This document shows positions 52,608 through 62,680 of a stretch of DNA of 64,000 bases, piece by piece (within the stretch, counting starts at the first letter, position 1; the number at the start of each line of letters is the position of its first letter). Location of the stretch: assembly GCA_902594815.1 (NCBI GenBank), contig CACJNL010000006.1, forward strand, positions 349 to 64,348, in the 5' to 3' direction. Position numbers and translations under genes: made by a program. The stretch comes from an uncultured Alphaproteobacteria bacterium (GTDB taxonomy: Bacteria > Pseudomonadota > Alphaproteobacteria > HIMB59 > GCA-002718135). The notes under the pieces are model-generated. The model made no database searches. It was not told the DNA's origin and worked only from the letters and a program-made list of their open reading frames with translations.

Positions 52608-55600
52608 TTTCATTCAAGATTGGCAAAAAAATAAGAAAATACTTGAGAAAAATCACGTTTACAGAGAATTGGATGAACATTCCTCTTGTGGTGTTGGATT
52701 AATTGCCTCCCTTGACGGAAGTTACAAGAGAGAAATTGTTGAAATGGGTGTTCAAGCACTTAAAGTTTTGTATCACAGAGGAGCCGTTGATGCAGATGGC
52801 AAAACGGGGGATGGTGCAGGGATACAACTAAGCATACCTCAGGAATTTTTTAAAGAAAAAATAGAGCGAACTGGAAACAAACCGAATAATCTTCCATTTG
52901 CAGTTGGAATGATTTTTTTACCACGAACAGATTTTGCAGCTCAAGAAAAATCAAGAACTATAGTTGAGGCTGAAATTATAAAAGAGGGTTTGAAAATATA
53001 TGGATGGCGTCATGTACCGATTAACTCTTCTATAATTGGAGAAAAAGCAAAAGCAACACGACCAGAGATTGAGCAAATACTTATTGGCAATGACTTCATT
53101 CAAGATGAAAAAGTGTTTGATAACCTTCTTTACATAATTCGAAGAAGAATTGAAAAAGAGATAAGAAAAAGCAATATCAGCAATTTTTATATTTGCTCCC
53201 TTTCTTGCCAATCAATTGTGTACAAAGGAATGTTTTTAGCAGAGCAGTTATCAAATTTTTATCCAGATATTCAAAATGAAAAATTTGTTTCTCGTTTTGC
53301 AGTTTATCATCAACGTTACTCTACAAACACATTTCCTACGTGGTCCTTAGCGCAGCCGTTTCGCGTTATTGCACATAATGGTGAAATTAATACACTTAAA
53401 GGAAATAAGAATTGGATGACTGCACACGAACCACGATTAGCACATGAAAATTTTGGTGACTCTATTGACGATTTAAAACCAGTCATTAGTGATGATGCTT
53501 CTGACTCAGCTGCTTTGGACTCGACGATTGAACTATTAGTTAAGTCAAACAAATCATTACCGATGGCTAAAATATTAACAATACCTGAGGCTTGGTCACA
53601 CCGTAGAGATTTCTCTAAAAAACTAAAAAATTTATATGCTTATGCTACAGCGGTGATGGAGGCGTGGGACGGACCAGCGGCGATTTGTGGTGCGCATGGT
53701 GATTGGGCAATTGCTGGTATGGATAGAAACGGCTTAAGACCAATTCGATACACCCTAACTTCTGAATACCTGATTGCAGGCTCCGAGACTGGTATGGTCG
53801 TGTTGCCGGAGAATCAAATTGTTGAGAAGGGACGTGTTGGACCAGGTCAGATGATTGCAATTAATTTTAAAGAAAAGAAATTTTATTCTGATGGTGAAAT
53901 TAAAAAACATCTATCGGAGACCAAACCTTTTGGAAACTGGACGAAAAATATCACTCATATTGATAAATTAGTTAAATCAGTTGATGAAGAATTAAGAGAT
54001 ATAGATGGACAGGATCTAAGAAAAAGAATGTCCTCTTTTGATTGGTCCATGGAAGACATAGAACTTATTTTGCATCCAATGATTATGGAACAAAAAGAAG
54101 CAACGGGCTCCATGGGAGATGATTCACCGTTGGCCGTGCTATCCAAAAAATACCGAGGTTTACATCACTTCTTTAGACAAAATTTTAGTCAAGTAACAAA
54201 CCCTCCTGTCGACTCGCTGAGAGAGCGAGTAGTGATGTCTCTTCGAACTCGAATTGGAAATTTAAGCAACATTCTTGATGAAGATGAAAAACAATGTGAT
54301 CATTTACAACTCAATTCCCCGGTGCTCTCGATAAATCAATTTAAAACGATGAGACAGTACATGAAAGATACTGTTAAAATTCTAGATACTACAATGAATC
54401 TAACAGATGAAAATAATACCTTTGAAAAAACATTACTTGATCTTAATAAACAAGCAGAAGAAGCAGTAAGAGAAGGATATGTACATATTATATTGAGTGA
54501 TAAGAATTTATCAAAAGATAGAGTTGCTCTTCCAATGATCCTGGCTACAAGTTCTGTTCACTCACATCTTATTCGCCAAAATCTTCGAACTTACATATCT
54601 TTAAATATTCAATCAGCTGAATGTTTAGATGTTCATTATTTTGCAGTATTAATTGGTGTAGGAGCAACGAGTGTAAATGCATATGTAGCACAGCAAGCAA
54701 TTGCGGAGCGTCATAAAAAAGGATTATTTGGATCTTTATCCTATGAACAGTGTGTCGAGAGATACATTAATTCGATTAATAATGGTTTGCTCAAAGTAAT
54801 GAGTAAAATGGGTATCTCAGTTATAAACTCATATAGAGGCGGCTGTAATTTTGAAGCTATTGGCCTGAGTCGCACGCTAATGAGTAAATACTTTCCGTCT
54901 ATGAGTTCTAAAATTTCTGGAGTAGGACTAGCAGGAATTGAAAAGCGTTCTTTAGAAGCACACACAAAAGCTTTTGATGAACAAGTCGCAACACTGCCTG
55001 TTGGTGGTTTTTATCGATACCGATTTGGTGGCGAGCAACATGCATTTGAGGCAAAGTCCATTCATATGTTGCAATCTGCAGTCGGAAATAAAAATTATTC
55101 ATTATTTAAAAAATATTCGCAGATGATTGATGATATGCCACCCATCAATATTCGTGATTTATTAGGTTACAAAACAAATAACAAATCAACCAATCTAACA
55201 GACATCGAATCCGCCCAAGAAATACGAAAACGTCTAGTAGCTCCTGGTATCTCCCTTGGTGCTCTGAGCCCAGAAGCGCATGAAACATTATCCATTGCCA
55301 TGAATCGTATTGGCGCAAAATCAGATTCAGGTGAGGGTGGTGAAGATGCAAGTCGCTTTAAATTAAAACCAAACGGTGATAATCCTTCTTCAAGAATTAA
55401 ACAAATTGCAAGCGGACGCTTCGGCGTAACAGCAGAGTATTTAAATAATTGTGATGAAATAGAAATTAAAGTTGCGCAAGGAGCAAAACCAGGAGAAGGC
55501 GGTCAACTACCTGGAGGAAAAGTAACAGAACTAATTGCTAAACTCAGACACTCAACAAAAGGGGTAACCCTTATTAGTCCACCACCGCATCATGATATTT

Positions 55601-57114
55601 ATTCTATCGAAGATCTTGCTCAGCTAATTTATGACTTAAAACAAATAAACCCAAAAGCAAAAGTATGTGTCAAACTTGTTGCACAGTCTGGTATTGGTAC
55701 TGTTGCTGCAGGTGTCGCAAAAGCAAAAGCGGATACGATTTTGATATCGGGTCATAATGGTGGGACAGGTGCTAGCCCCCAAACAAGTATCAAATATGCA
55801 GGTCTTCCTTGGGAGCTTGGTTTGAGTGAAGTACATCAAGTACTCTCTTTAAATAATCTTCGCGATAAAGTTATTCTACGAACAGATGGTGGTCTGAAAA
55901 CTGGAAAAGATATTGTCATTGCAGCAATGCTTGGCGCAGAAGAGTACGGGATTGGTACAGCAAGTTTGGTGGCAATGGGCTGTATTATGGTTCGACAATG
56001 TCATTCTAACACATGCCCTGTTGGTGTTTGTTCACAAGATGAAAAGCTTCGAGAGAAATTTACTGGCACACCAGAAAAAGTTATCAATCTTTTTACCTAT
56101 ATTGCAGAGGAAGTTCGTGAAATTTTATCTGAACTTGGTTTTAAAACATTAGATGAAATTGTTGGTAGAGCAGATTTACTTTACCAGGTGAGTAGGGGAA
56201 GTGCTGATCTAGATGACTTAGATCTAAATCCAATCATTCAAACAATTGATTCATCTCTTGGTGATTATAAAATGAAAAAAGATAATATTACCAAAGTGGC
56301 TGATAGTTTAGATCTTAAAATGATTGAAGATTTAAAACCTCTGTTTGCGTCAGGACAAAAAGTTCAACTAAGCTATAATATTAAAAATACAGACCGTGCG
56401 CTTGGAACGAGATTGGCATCAGAAATTACAACAAGAATTGGAATGAACAAACTTAAAGATGACCATGTCATCATCAATCTCAACGGTTCTGCTGGACAAT
56501 CCTTTGGTGCCTTTAGTGTTAAGGGAACTACCTTAAAAATACAAGGTGATGCTAACGATTATGTAGCGAAAGGATTATCAGGTGGTAAAATTATTATAAC
56601 TCCTTCGGAGACATCATCACTGCAGACAAATAAAAATGTCATAATTGGTAATACCGTACTGTACGGAGCTACCAAAGGAACTTTATATGCAGCAGGCATG
56701 GCTGGAGATCGTTTTGCTGTAAGAAATTCTGGAGCACACGCTGTGATTGAAGGATGCGGTGATAATGGATGTGAATATATGACAGGTGGAAGTGTTGTTA
56801 TATTAGGTGAAGTTGGTAATAACTTTGGGGCAGGAATGACAGGTGGAATGGCTTTTGCGTTTGATAAAGAGGGGACACTCCCGCTTAGAATAAATCTTGA
56901 TGATGTTTTCTATCAACAACAGATGACACCATACTGGGAAGATGTCTTAAAAAATAAAATTACAACATATTTCAACGAAACAAATTCACAGCACGCAAAA
57001 GATATTTTGGATAACTGGGATAGAGATAAATATTTATTCTGGCAGATTATTCCAAAAGAGATGGTGAATAAATTTGAAGAACCAGTTCTTGTTGAGACTA
57101 CGAAGACAGCCTAA
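52600..57114 (+). CDS. gltB: glutamate synthase (NADPH) large subunit
   Basis: 1504 aa. Ntn amidotransferase Cys (HSSCGVGLIA), FMN and 3Fe-4S regions, GXGXG C-terminal domain. ATG 52600 overlaps the gltD stop by 8 nt, and the track ORF start at 52465 lies inside gltD. Confidence 0.93.
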   Translation: MNNFIQDWQKNKKILEKNHVYRELDEHSSCGVGLIASLDGSYKREIVEMGVQALKVLYHRGAVDADGKTGDGAGIQLSIPQEFFKEKIERTGNKPNNLPFAVGMIFLPRTDFAAQEKSRTIVEAEIIKEGLKIYGWRHVPINSSIIGEKAKATRPEIEQILIGNDFIQDEKVFDNLLYIIRRRIEKEIRKSNISNFYICSLSCQSIVYKGMFLAEQLSNFYPDIQNEKFVSRFAVYHQRYSTNTFPTWSLAQPFRVIAHNGEINTLKGNKNWMTAHEPRLAHENFGDSIDDLKPVISDDASDSAALDSTIELLVKSNKSLPMAKILTIPEAWSHRRDFSKKLKNLYAYATAVMEAWDGPAAICGAHGDWAIAGMDRNGLRPIRYTLTSEYLIAGSETGMVVLPENQIVEKGRVGPGQMIAINFKEKKFYSDGEIKKHLSETKPFGNWTKNITHIDKLVKSVDEELRDIDGQDLRKRMSSFDWSMEDIELILHPMIMEQKEATGSMGDDSPLAVLSKKYRGLHHFFRQNFSQVTNPPVDSLRERVVMSLRTRIGNLSNILDEDEKQCDHLQLNSPVLSINQFKTMRQYMKDTVKILDTTMNLTDENNTFEKTLLDLNKQAEEAVREGYVHIILSDKNLSKDRVALPMILATSSVHSHLIRQNLRTYISLNIQSAECLDVHYFAVLIGVGATSVNAYVAQQAIAERHKKGLFGSLSYEQCVERYINSINNGLLKVMSKMGISVINSYRGGCNFEAIGLSRTLMSKYFPSMSSKISGVGLAGIEKRSLEAHTKAFDEQVATLPVGGFYRYRFGGEQHAFEAKSIHMLQSAVGNKNYSLFKKYSQMIDDMPPINIRDLLGYKTNNKSTNLTDIESAQEIRKRLVAPGISLGALSPEAHETLSIAMNRIGAKSDSGEGGEDASRFKLKPNGDNPSSRIKQIASGRFGVTAEYLNNCDEIEIKVAQGAKPGEGGQLPGGKVTELIAKLRHSTKGVTLISPPPHHDIYSIEDLAQLIYDLKQINPKAKVCVKLVAQSGIGTVAAGVAKAKADTILISGHNGGTGASPQTSIKYAGLPWELGLSEVHQVLSLNNLRDKVILRTDGGLKTGKDIVIAAMLGAEEYGIGTASLVAMGCIMVRQCHSNTCPVGVCSQDEKLREKFTGTPEKVINLFTYIAEEVREILSELGFKTLDEIVGRADLLYQVSRGSADLDDLDLNPIIQTIDSSLGDYKMKKDNITKVADSLDLKMIEDLKPLFASGQKVQLSYNIKNTDRALGTRLASEITTRIGMNKLKDDHVIINLNGSAGQSFGAFSVKGTTLKIQGDANDYVAKGLSGGKIIITPSETSSLQTNKNVIIGNTVLYGATKGTLYAAGMAGDRFAVRNSGAHAVIEGCGDNGCEYMTGGSVVILGEVGNNFGAGMTGGMAFAFDKEGTLPLRINLDDVFYQQQMTPYWEDVLKNKITTYFNETNSQHAKDILDNWDRDKYLFWQIIPKEMVNKFEEPVLVETTKTA

Positions 57115-57251
57115 CTAAATTTTAAATAGTTTTTCTTTTATAGTCTATTAATTGTCTACTCGTTTTAAATCAGTTTAAGTTGATAACCTAGATTGTTTTA
57201 TTTGTTTTAAGTAATATTAAATCTAAAAGATTACACTTCCACCAACTACGG

Positions 57252-57278
57252 AGATTGTTAAGGGTTGTTGTCATATGG
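57252..57278 (+). repeat. left copy of a 27-nt imperfect direct repeat bracketing the carbohydrate island
   Basis: AGATTGTTAAGGGTTGTTGTCATATGG versus AGATTGTTGAGGGTTCTGGTCATAAGG at 63531-63557, which is 23/27 identical with no gaps. Both lie in convergent intergenic spacers. Confidence 0.75.
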
Positions 57279-57321
57279 GAAGTTTGTATTTACTGTGTAA
57301 AGTTTTATGTATGAACTCTAT

Positions 57322-59154
57322 TTATTGAATATACCCCTTTTTAAGTTTGAGAGACATATCTCTAAAAATTTTGCTGAGTTTTTTTACATTAAATTTATTT
57401 GTTCTATCATATAGATAAACACCATTCGTTTCTTGTTCAACGTCGGTGAGTTGCGTATAACAGAAACCTTGAATATGTTTTGTTTTTAAAACAACTTCAG
57501 TGAGTTTTTCCATACGTTCATACACTTCTTTTATCGTCTTTGGTCTTACTTTATCTCCATGGCCCCAGGATTTAATTTTCTTTCTTAATTTGATCGGAAG
57601 CCACCATACCCCTCCATACTCATCAATAATATACGGTTCATTTTTGTAACTCGTTTCAAAGTGAGGAAAGTTTCTATAAACACCTTTTTTGGGGTTAAGA
57701 GCTTTTTGTAATAATTCAGGAATAGGTTCATAATGATGCACCGTCCAAATATCAGTTTTTTGGTGTTGATAACCACTTGTTTCATTTACAGGTCGTGTGG
57801 GATCAATTTTTTTAGTAATATTGTAAGCTTTGCGCATTAAGCTTTTGTGTTGCGCATTACATTCAAGCGTATTTGTTTCATTAAAAGGTGTCCACGTAAT
57901 AATTGAAGGGTGATTTTTTAAATAATGAACTATTCTTGGCCATTCTTGCATAAATGATACTTCAGAAGCTTTAGCGTTCTCATTCAATCCCCAATTTGGA
58001 AATTCGGCCCATGTTAAATAACCAAGTTTATCTGCCCAATAATGAAAACGGTCTTCAAAAACTTTCTCGTGCAATCTTGCACCATTAAACCCTGCTTTAA
58101 TTGATAAAAGAATATCGTTTTTTAAATCTTTATCTGAAGGTGCAGTCCATATACCTTTAGGATAAAATCCTTGATCAAGGACAAGACGTTGATAAAGCGG
58201 TTTCCCATTAAGATAAATTTTATTTCTTTTTATTTCTATTGATCGCATACCCCCGTAACTTTTTACAACATCACAGGTTTTATTAACCTTATCAATTAAG
58301 GTAAATGTAAAATCATAAAGATTAGGTTGACCTACAGACCAAATTTTTGGTCTATTAATTTTAATAGAAAATTTTTTATTTTTTGTTGATAGTATTGTTG
58401 AGTTTATTTTTTTATTTTTATATGAAATATCAACTTTTAAATTTCCAATAATGTTTGATGAGTATTCAGGTAAAAATATAAAACTTGATGATTTTAAATT
58501 AGGTCGAATTGTAATATTTTTTATATGATGTTGATCAACAGCTTCTAACCAAACTGTTTGCCATATGCCAGTTGTACGTGTATAAAAACAACCCCAAGAA
58601 TGCTCATGCGGAGATTGTTTTCCCCTAGGTTGAGTTCTTTTTTTGTTAAGAGCCCATTTTTTAATTAATTTCTCATTATCAAATGTTCCATCTCCAAAGT
58701 ACCAAGGAGTAGGACCAACACTGCCCTGACATCTTTTATCTATAACGTAAACTTTTAAATCATTAATTTTATTATCAATAACTGCAGAAGTAATATCTAT
58801 ACTAAAAGGAGTTGATCCTCCTGTATTCGAGCCAACTTTCTTTTTGTTAACAAAAACTGATGATTGATAATCAACACCACCAAAGTGTAATAAGATTTTT
58901 TTATTTTTCCATGATTTAGGAATAGCAAAAGATTTTTGATAATACATTTCTTGAATAAAATCGGTATGCCCAATTCCAGATAATTTACTTTCAGGACAAA
59001 ATGGTACATTAATTGTTTTTGAAAATTTTTTTTTATTTAATTGTGATTTAGAAAAACCTTTAATATTTTTTGTAAATTCACACGACCATTTTCCATTAAG
59101 ATTAAGCCAATTATTTCTTTTAAAAATAGGTCTCGGATGTTCTTTTCTCAGCAT
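57322..59154 (-). CDS. glycoside hydrolase family 2 (beta-galactosidase/beta-glucuronidase/beta-mannosidase-type), no signal peptide
   Basis: 610 aa. The N-terminal sugar-binding domain layout is GH2-like. Candidate acid/base in WTPFNET and nucleophile in IIDEYGGVWW fit the GH2 N-E and E-Y-G motifs. Confidence 0.75.
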   Translation of the reverse strand: MLRKEHPRPIFKRNNWLNLNGKWSCEFTKNIKGFSKSQLNKKKFSKTINVPFCPESKLSGIGHTDFIQEMYYQKSFAIPKSWKNKKILLHFGGVDYQSSVFVNKKKVGSNTGGSTPFSIDITSAVIDNKINDLKVYVIDKRCQGSVGPTPWYFGDGTFDNEKLIKKWALNKKRTQPRGKQSPHEHSWGCFYTRTTGIWQTVWLEAVDQHHIKNITIRPNLKSSSFIFLPEYSSNIIGNLKVDISYKNKKINSTILSTKNKKFSIKINRPKIWSVGQPNLYDFTFTLIDKVNKTCDVVKSYGGMRSIEIKRNKIYLNGKPLYQRLVLDQGFYPKGIWTAPSDKDLKNDILLSIKAGFNGARLHEKVFEDRFHYWADKLGYLTWAEFPNWGLNENAKASEVSFMQEWPRIVHYLKNHPSIITWTPFNETNTLECNAQHKSLMRKAYNITKKIDPTRPVNETSGYQHQKTDIWTVHHYEPIPELLQKALNPKKGVYRNFPHFETSYKNEPYIIDEYGGVWWLPIKLRKKIKSWGHGDKVRPKTIKEVYERMEKLTEVVLKTKHIQGFCYTQLTDVEQETNGVYLYDRTNKFNVKKLSKIFRDMSLKLKKGYIQ

Positions 59155-59182
59155 AAATAAATCAATATTAAAGTTAATTAAT

Positions 59183-59205
59183 GGAGGTGTTATAAGAACA
59201 CCTCC
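59183..59205 (-). other. intercistronic stem-loop between the solute-binding-protein gene and the GH2 gene
   Basis: GGAGGTGTT-ATAAG-AACACCTCC forms a 9-bp perfect stem with a 5-nt loop, 14 nt after the SBP stop and 29 nt before the GH2 start. No clear U-tract follows on the minus strand. Confidence 0.6.
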
Positions 59206-59218
59206 ATTTTATAAAAAA

Positions 59219-60484
59219 CTAACGTAGTAGTTTTTTCATTTTATTTTGTACATCTTTTAATGTTGCATCCATTTCTTTATTGCCAGTTAATATTGCTATT
59301 AAATTATTTCCAATAAGATCTTGAATGGCACCATATTTTTCAGCATGCGGAGTATCAGCCATTATATTTGCAGTTTCAGCGTACTCATCACGGTGAGGAA
59401 GATTTTTATATTCATCACTAGCAATAACTGAAGCTCTATAAGACATATGTCCTGTTCGAGACCAATTAATACTATTATCCCACATGAATTTATTTAGTTT
59501 CATAACAGCTTCATATTTTGCTGGATCACGAGACTTTAAATCAGCAGGTACCGACCACATATGAGAATCAGCCCATGTAGCTGAGTTTCCTCCAAATAAT
59601 GATGGGAAATTTCCAACATAGTATTCAAAATCGACATTATCACCATAGTAATCAACTACCCATGTTCCATTAATAAGTATGCAAGCTCCTCCATCCATCC
59701 ACATTTTTTGTGCATCTCCATACCCATAACCTGGGTTAATGTAACCAGCATCAATAAGTTGCTTAAAGGCATTAATTGCATTTCTGACTTCGGGAGTGTC
59801 AATCGTAGGTTTTTTTCCATCAAATAGATTTGACCCTTGTTGCCACACAAGAGCGTATAAGGCTCTAATTCCTAAAAAGCCATCAGACATTTGAAATGAC
59901 ATGTATTCATAACCTGCATCTTTACAAGCTTTTGCTTGTTGTAGCATTTCATCAGAGCTTGTTGGATACACAGGTTTACCATTTTTAACTAAACCTGCTG
60001 CACTCATTGCGTCCATATTTGTATGCATCAAGTTAGCATGAATATCTAGTGGAATACCCCACATACCACCATTCCAAGTTAAAGCATCCATCATAGCAGG
60101 AACAATATCACCTGAGTCCATACCATATGCTTCTAGTTCACCTGAAAGATCAGCAATTACACCAATCCCGGCAAATTGAGGAATTCGGTGACGATGCATA
60201 ATATGAAGATCAGGTGCATTTTTATCCGCATAACGAGTTTGCAAAATTTCATATGTCATGCCCCAATCTAGAACTTCTTGAGTTACATTTATATCTGGAT
60301 TTTGTGCATCAAAAGCATTTATTATTGATGCTATTATACAAGCTTCCCCAGTTGTTGTAGTTGGATCATTTCCTGCATCTTCACAATCTCCAAAAAATCT
60401 AGCTACGGTTATATCTGTAGCTGCATAAGCATTAAATGTGATGAGTGAAAAGAAAACAGAAAACATCATTAAAATTTTCTTCAT
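59219..60484 (-). CDS. ABC transporter extracellular solute-binding protein (family 1, carbohydrate type)
   Basis: Signal peptide MKKILMMFSVFFSLITFNAYA. 421 aa with an aromatic-rich SBP_bac_1-like sequence. GGAGG lies 5 nt upstream of ATG 60484, so the track start 60502 is probably too long. Confidence 0.8.
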   Translation of the reverse strand: MKKILMMFSVFFSLITFNAYAATDITVARFFGDCEDAGNDPTTTTGEACIIASIINAFDAQNPDINVTQEVLDWGMTYEILQTRYADKNAPDLHIMHRHRIPQFAGIGVIADLSGELEAYGMDSGDIVPAMMDALTWNGGMWGIPLDIHANLMHTNMDAMSAAGLVKNGKPVYPTSSDEMLQQAKACKDAGYEYMSFQMSDGFLGIRALYALVWQQGSNLFDGKKPTIDTPEVRNAINAFKQLIDAGYINPGYGYGDAQKMWMDGGACILINGTWVVDYYGDNVDFEYYVGNFPSLFGGNSATWADSHMWSVPADLKSRDPAKYEAVMKLNKFMWDNSINWSRTGHMSYRASVIASDEYKNLPHRDEYAETANIMADTPHAEKYGAIQDLIGNNLIAILTGNKEMDATLKDVQNKMKKLLR

Positions 60485-60503
60485 TTTACCTCCAATAAAC
60501 ATT

Positions 60504-60519
60504 TACTAAACATTTAGTA
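60504..60519. promoter_or_regulatory. candidate LacI-family operator in the divergent SBP/lacI control region
   Basis: TACTAAACATTTAGTA is a 16-bp palindrome with 7 of 8 half-site positions symmetric. It lies 20 nt upstream of the SBP start and 66 nt upstream of the LacI-family gene. Confidence 0.45.
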
Positions 60520-60584
60520 TTTATTTAGTTAAATTGTATTGATTTTAATTCTAATTCAAGTAGTTTTTAATAAATTATCAACAA

Positions 60585-61601
60585 ATGAAAAAAAAAATAA
60601 CACTTAGAGATATTGCAAAATTGTCTGATGTTAGCCCTGCAACAGCATCAATAGTTCTAAATGAGAAAAAAAATCAGGGAATTTCACAAAAAACTTGGGA
60701 TAGAGTAAAAAAAATAGCAAAAAAAAATAACTATGTAGGTAACAATAAAATAAGAAGATTAAATAAAAGAAAGTTTCTCTTTTTTATGGAAGAATTTTCT
60801 TACAATAATTCCGTTGTATCCTCAGAATTCTTAAATGGTTTTCATGATTATGATTTATTATCTCATCAGTTTGTTTTTTTATTTAATCAATTAAGTAAAA
60901 AAAATAATATCTTTAAAATAATAGAAGAATTTAACCCTGATGGATTTATAGTTGCAACAAGTTATACTAAAAAAATTAATTATGATTTCAACAAAATTAA
61001 ATTAAATAAAATATTATTAAATTGTTGGAATGATAATTTTAAAGGCATTTCCATTTTGCCTGATGATTATAATGGTTCTAAAAATGCAGTTCTTCATCTT
61101 TTCGATCATGGATATAAAAATATTGCAATTATCCTTGCGCCTGATTTTTGGATGAAAGGTTATAGAGACAGACTTAATGGATGGAGAGATGCTCATTCAG
61201 ATTTAAATATAGAAATTGATCAAAAATTAATCTTTAAATCTGAAAAATCTGAAATTGGTAATGAATCAAGAGTAGGGTACAATGCTACTAAAAAGTTATT
61301 AAAGATAAGCAAATCTTTAGATGCTATTTTTTGCACAAATGATTTAATTGCTATGGGAACGTACCAAGCTTTAAAGGAAGAAAAATTAGAAATTCCAAAA
61401 GATATTGCAGTAATTGGATACGATAATTCAAACATAGCTGAAAATTTAAAACCTGAATTAACTTCTGTTCAATTACCTCATGCTGAAATGACACAAAAAT
61501 CTATCTCAAACATATTGAATGAAAATATATTGATGGATAATTTTAAAATCTATGTTGACTCTCCATTAATTTCAAGGTCATCTGTTTTGATAAAAAAATG
61601 A
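60585..61601 (+). CDS. LacI-family transcriptional regulator
   Basis: N-terminal HTH ITLRDIAKLSDVSPATASIVLN and a periplasmic-binding-protein-like effector domain (VIGYDN). Its stop overlaps the permease start (ATGA). Confidence 0.85.
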   Translation: MKKKITLRDIAKLSDVSPATASIVLNEKKNQGISQKTWDRVKKIAKKNNYVGNNKIRRLNKRKFLFFMEEFSYNNSVVSSEFLNGFHDYDLLSHQFVFLFNQLSKKNNIFKIIEEFNPDGFIVATSYTKKINYDFNKIKLNKILLNCWNDNFKGISILPDDYNGSKNAVLHLFDHGYKNIAIILAPDFWMKGYRDRLNGWRDAHSDLNIEIDQKLIFKSEKSEIGNESRVGYNATKKLLKISKSLDAIFCTNDLIAMGTYQALKEEKLEIPKDIAVIGYDNSNIAENLKPELTSVQLPHAEMTQKSISNILNENILMDNFKIYVDSPLISRSSVLIKK

Positions 61602-62680
61602 AAAATAATAAAGATAATTTTTTTGGATATATTTTTATCTTACCATTTTTATTATTATTTGTTAGTTTTCTTCTTTATCCCTTTGGAAAACTTTTTTACA
61701 TAAGTTTTTTTGAATGGAATATTATGGCTGTTGCCATGGATCCTGCGAATGCAATATATGTAGGATTTGAAAATTATTATTATTTATTAGCAGGGGAAGG
61801 TGTATGGTTTAATATTTCAGTATTTTTTACACCTATCAAGATAATTACTTTTAGTATTTTAACAATTTCACTTTATTATTTTTATACCAAAGAAATTTTA
61901 AAAAATAACATAGGTTTAATTTTCTTTTTCTTTTACGCCTATGTTGTCTATTTTGTGCATGGCATTCAACCAACAGAGGATGCATATTGGAATGATGATG
62001 TTTTTTGGAAATCTATTCGCAATACAATGGTCATGGATTTTTTCTCTGCTTATGCAATAACATTTATTGCTCTTTTAATAGCGATTGGGACAAATCATAC
62101 TGGTAAAATTTACATTGTAATTAGGACTTTGTTTTGGGCTACTGGCGGTGTTGGTGTAGCAGCACTTTCAATAATTATGGTTCAAATATTCAATACCTAT
62201 GGAGGCATAACATCCAATTTTTTAAATTTTTTTGGATTTAAAAATTTTCCATTTTTTATCAATATGAATGGATCTAGGTTTGTTGTAATTTTTGCGACCG
62301 TTTGGTGGGCTATTAGTCTCCCTATAATGTTGTTCTTAGCTGCTCTTCAACAAATACCTGAAGAAAGATATGAAGCCGCAAAAATAGATGGTGCAACAAA
62401 AAGTGAAATATTTTGGCATATTACATTACCAGGTATAGCTAGAATGTTTTTATTAGTTTCCTTATTGCAGATTATTTCTCATTGGCAAATATTTGGTCAA
62501 GCGAACATTATGACTTCTGGTGGCCCTGCAGATGCTACAAGAACTGTTGTTTTAATGGCTTATGATTATGCTTTTAGAGATATGGAAATGGGCCAAGGAG
62601 CTGCAGTAAGTGTAATTTTATTTTTTATCATAGGTTTTTTTGTATTTATTCAATTTAAAACATTTAAGGAAAATGAGTAA
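61598..62680 (+). CDS. carbohydrate ABC transporter permease (MalF/UgpA type) with two extra TM helices
   Basis: EAA loop EAAKIDGATKSEIFWHITLPG. 360 aa. A ~65-aa hydrophobic insertion follows the FENYYYLL segment. Confidence 0.8.
   Translation: MKNNKDNFFGYIFILPFLLLFVSFLLYPFGKLFYISFFEWNIMAVAMDPANAIYVGFENYYYLLAGEGVWFNISVFFTPIKIITFSILTISLYYFYTKEILKNNIGLIFFFFYAYVVYFVHGIQPTEDAYWNDDVFWKSIRNTMVMDFFSAYAITFIALLIAIGTNHTGKIYIVIRTLFWATGGVGVAALSIIMVQIFNTYGGITSNFLNFFGFKNFPFFINMNGSRFVVIFATVWWAISLPIMLFLAALQQIPEERYEAAKIDGATKSEIFWHITLPGIARMFLLVSLLQIISHWQIFGQANIMTSGGPADATRTVVLMAYDYAFRDMEMGQGAAVSVILFFIIGFFVFIQFKTFKENE

Noticed and set aside
57279-57310. Extension of the direct repeat beyond 27 nt (TTATGT occurs 27 nt after both copies).
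   Set aside because: Ungapped identity between the copies drops to roughly 30-40% after the core. In the right copy, TTATGT is simply the stop region of the dehydrogenase gene. The shared spacing may be coincidental.
57115-57321. tRNA, sRNA or integrase remnant in the 207-bp gltB/GH2 spacer that might explain the island insertion.
   Set aside because: No tRNA-like T-arm or acceptor features and no ORF with recombinase motifs. Apart from the 27-nt repeat and a 9-nt fragment, nothing is recognisable.
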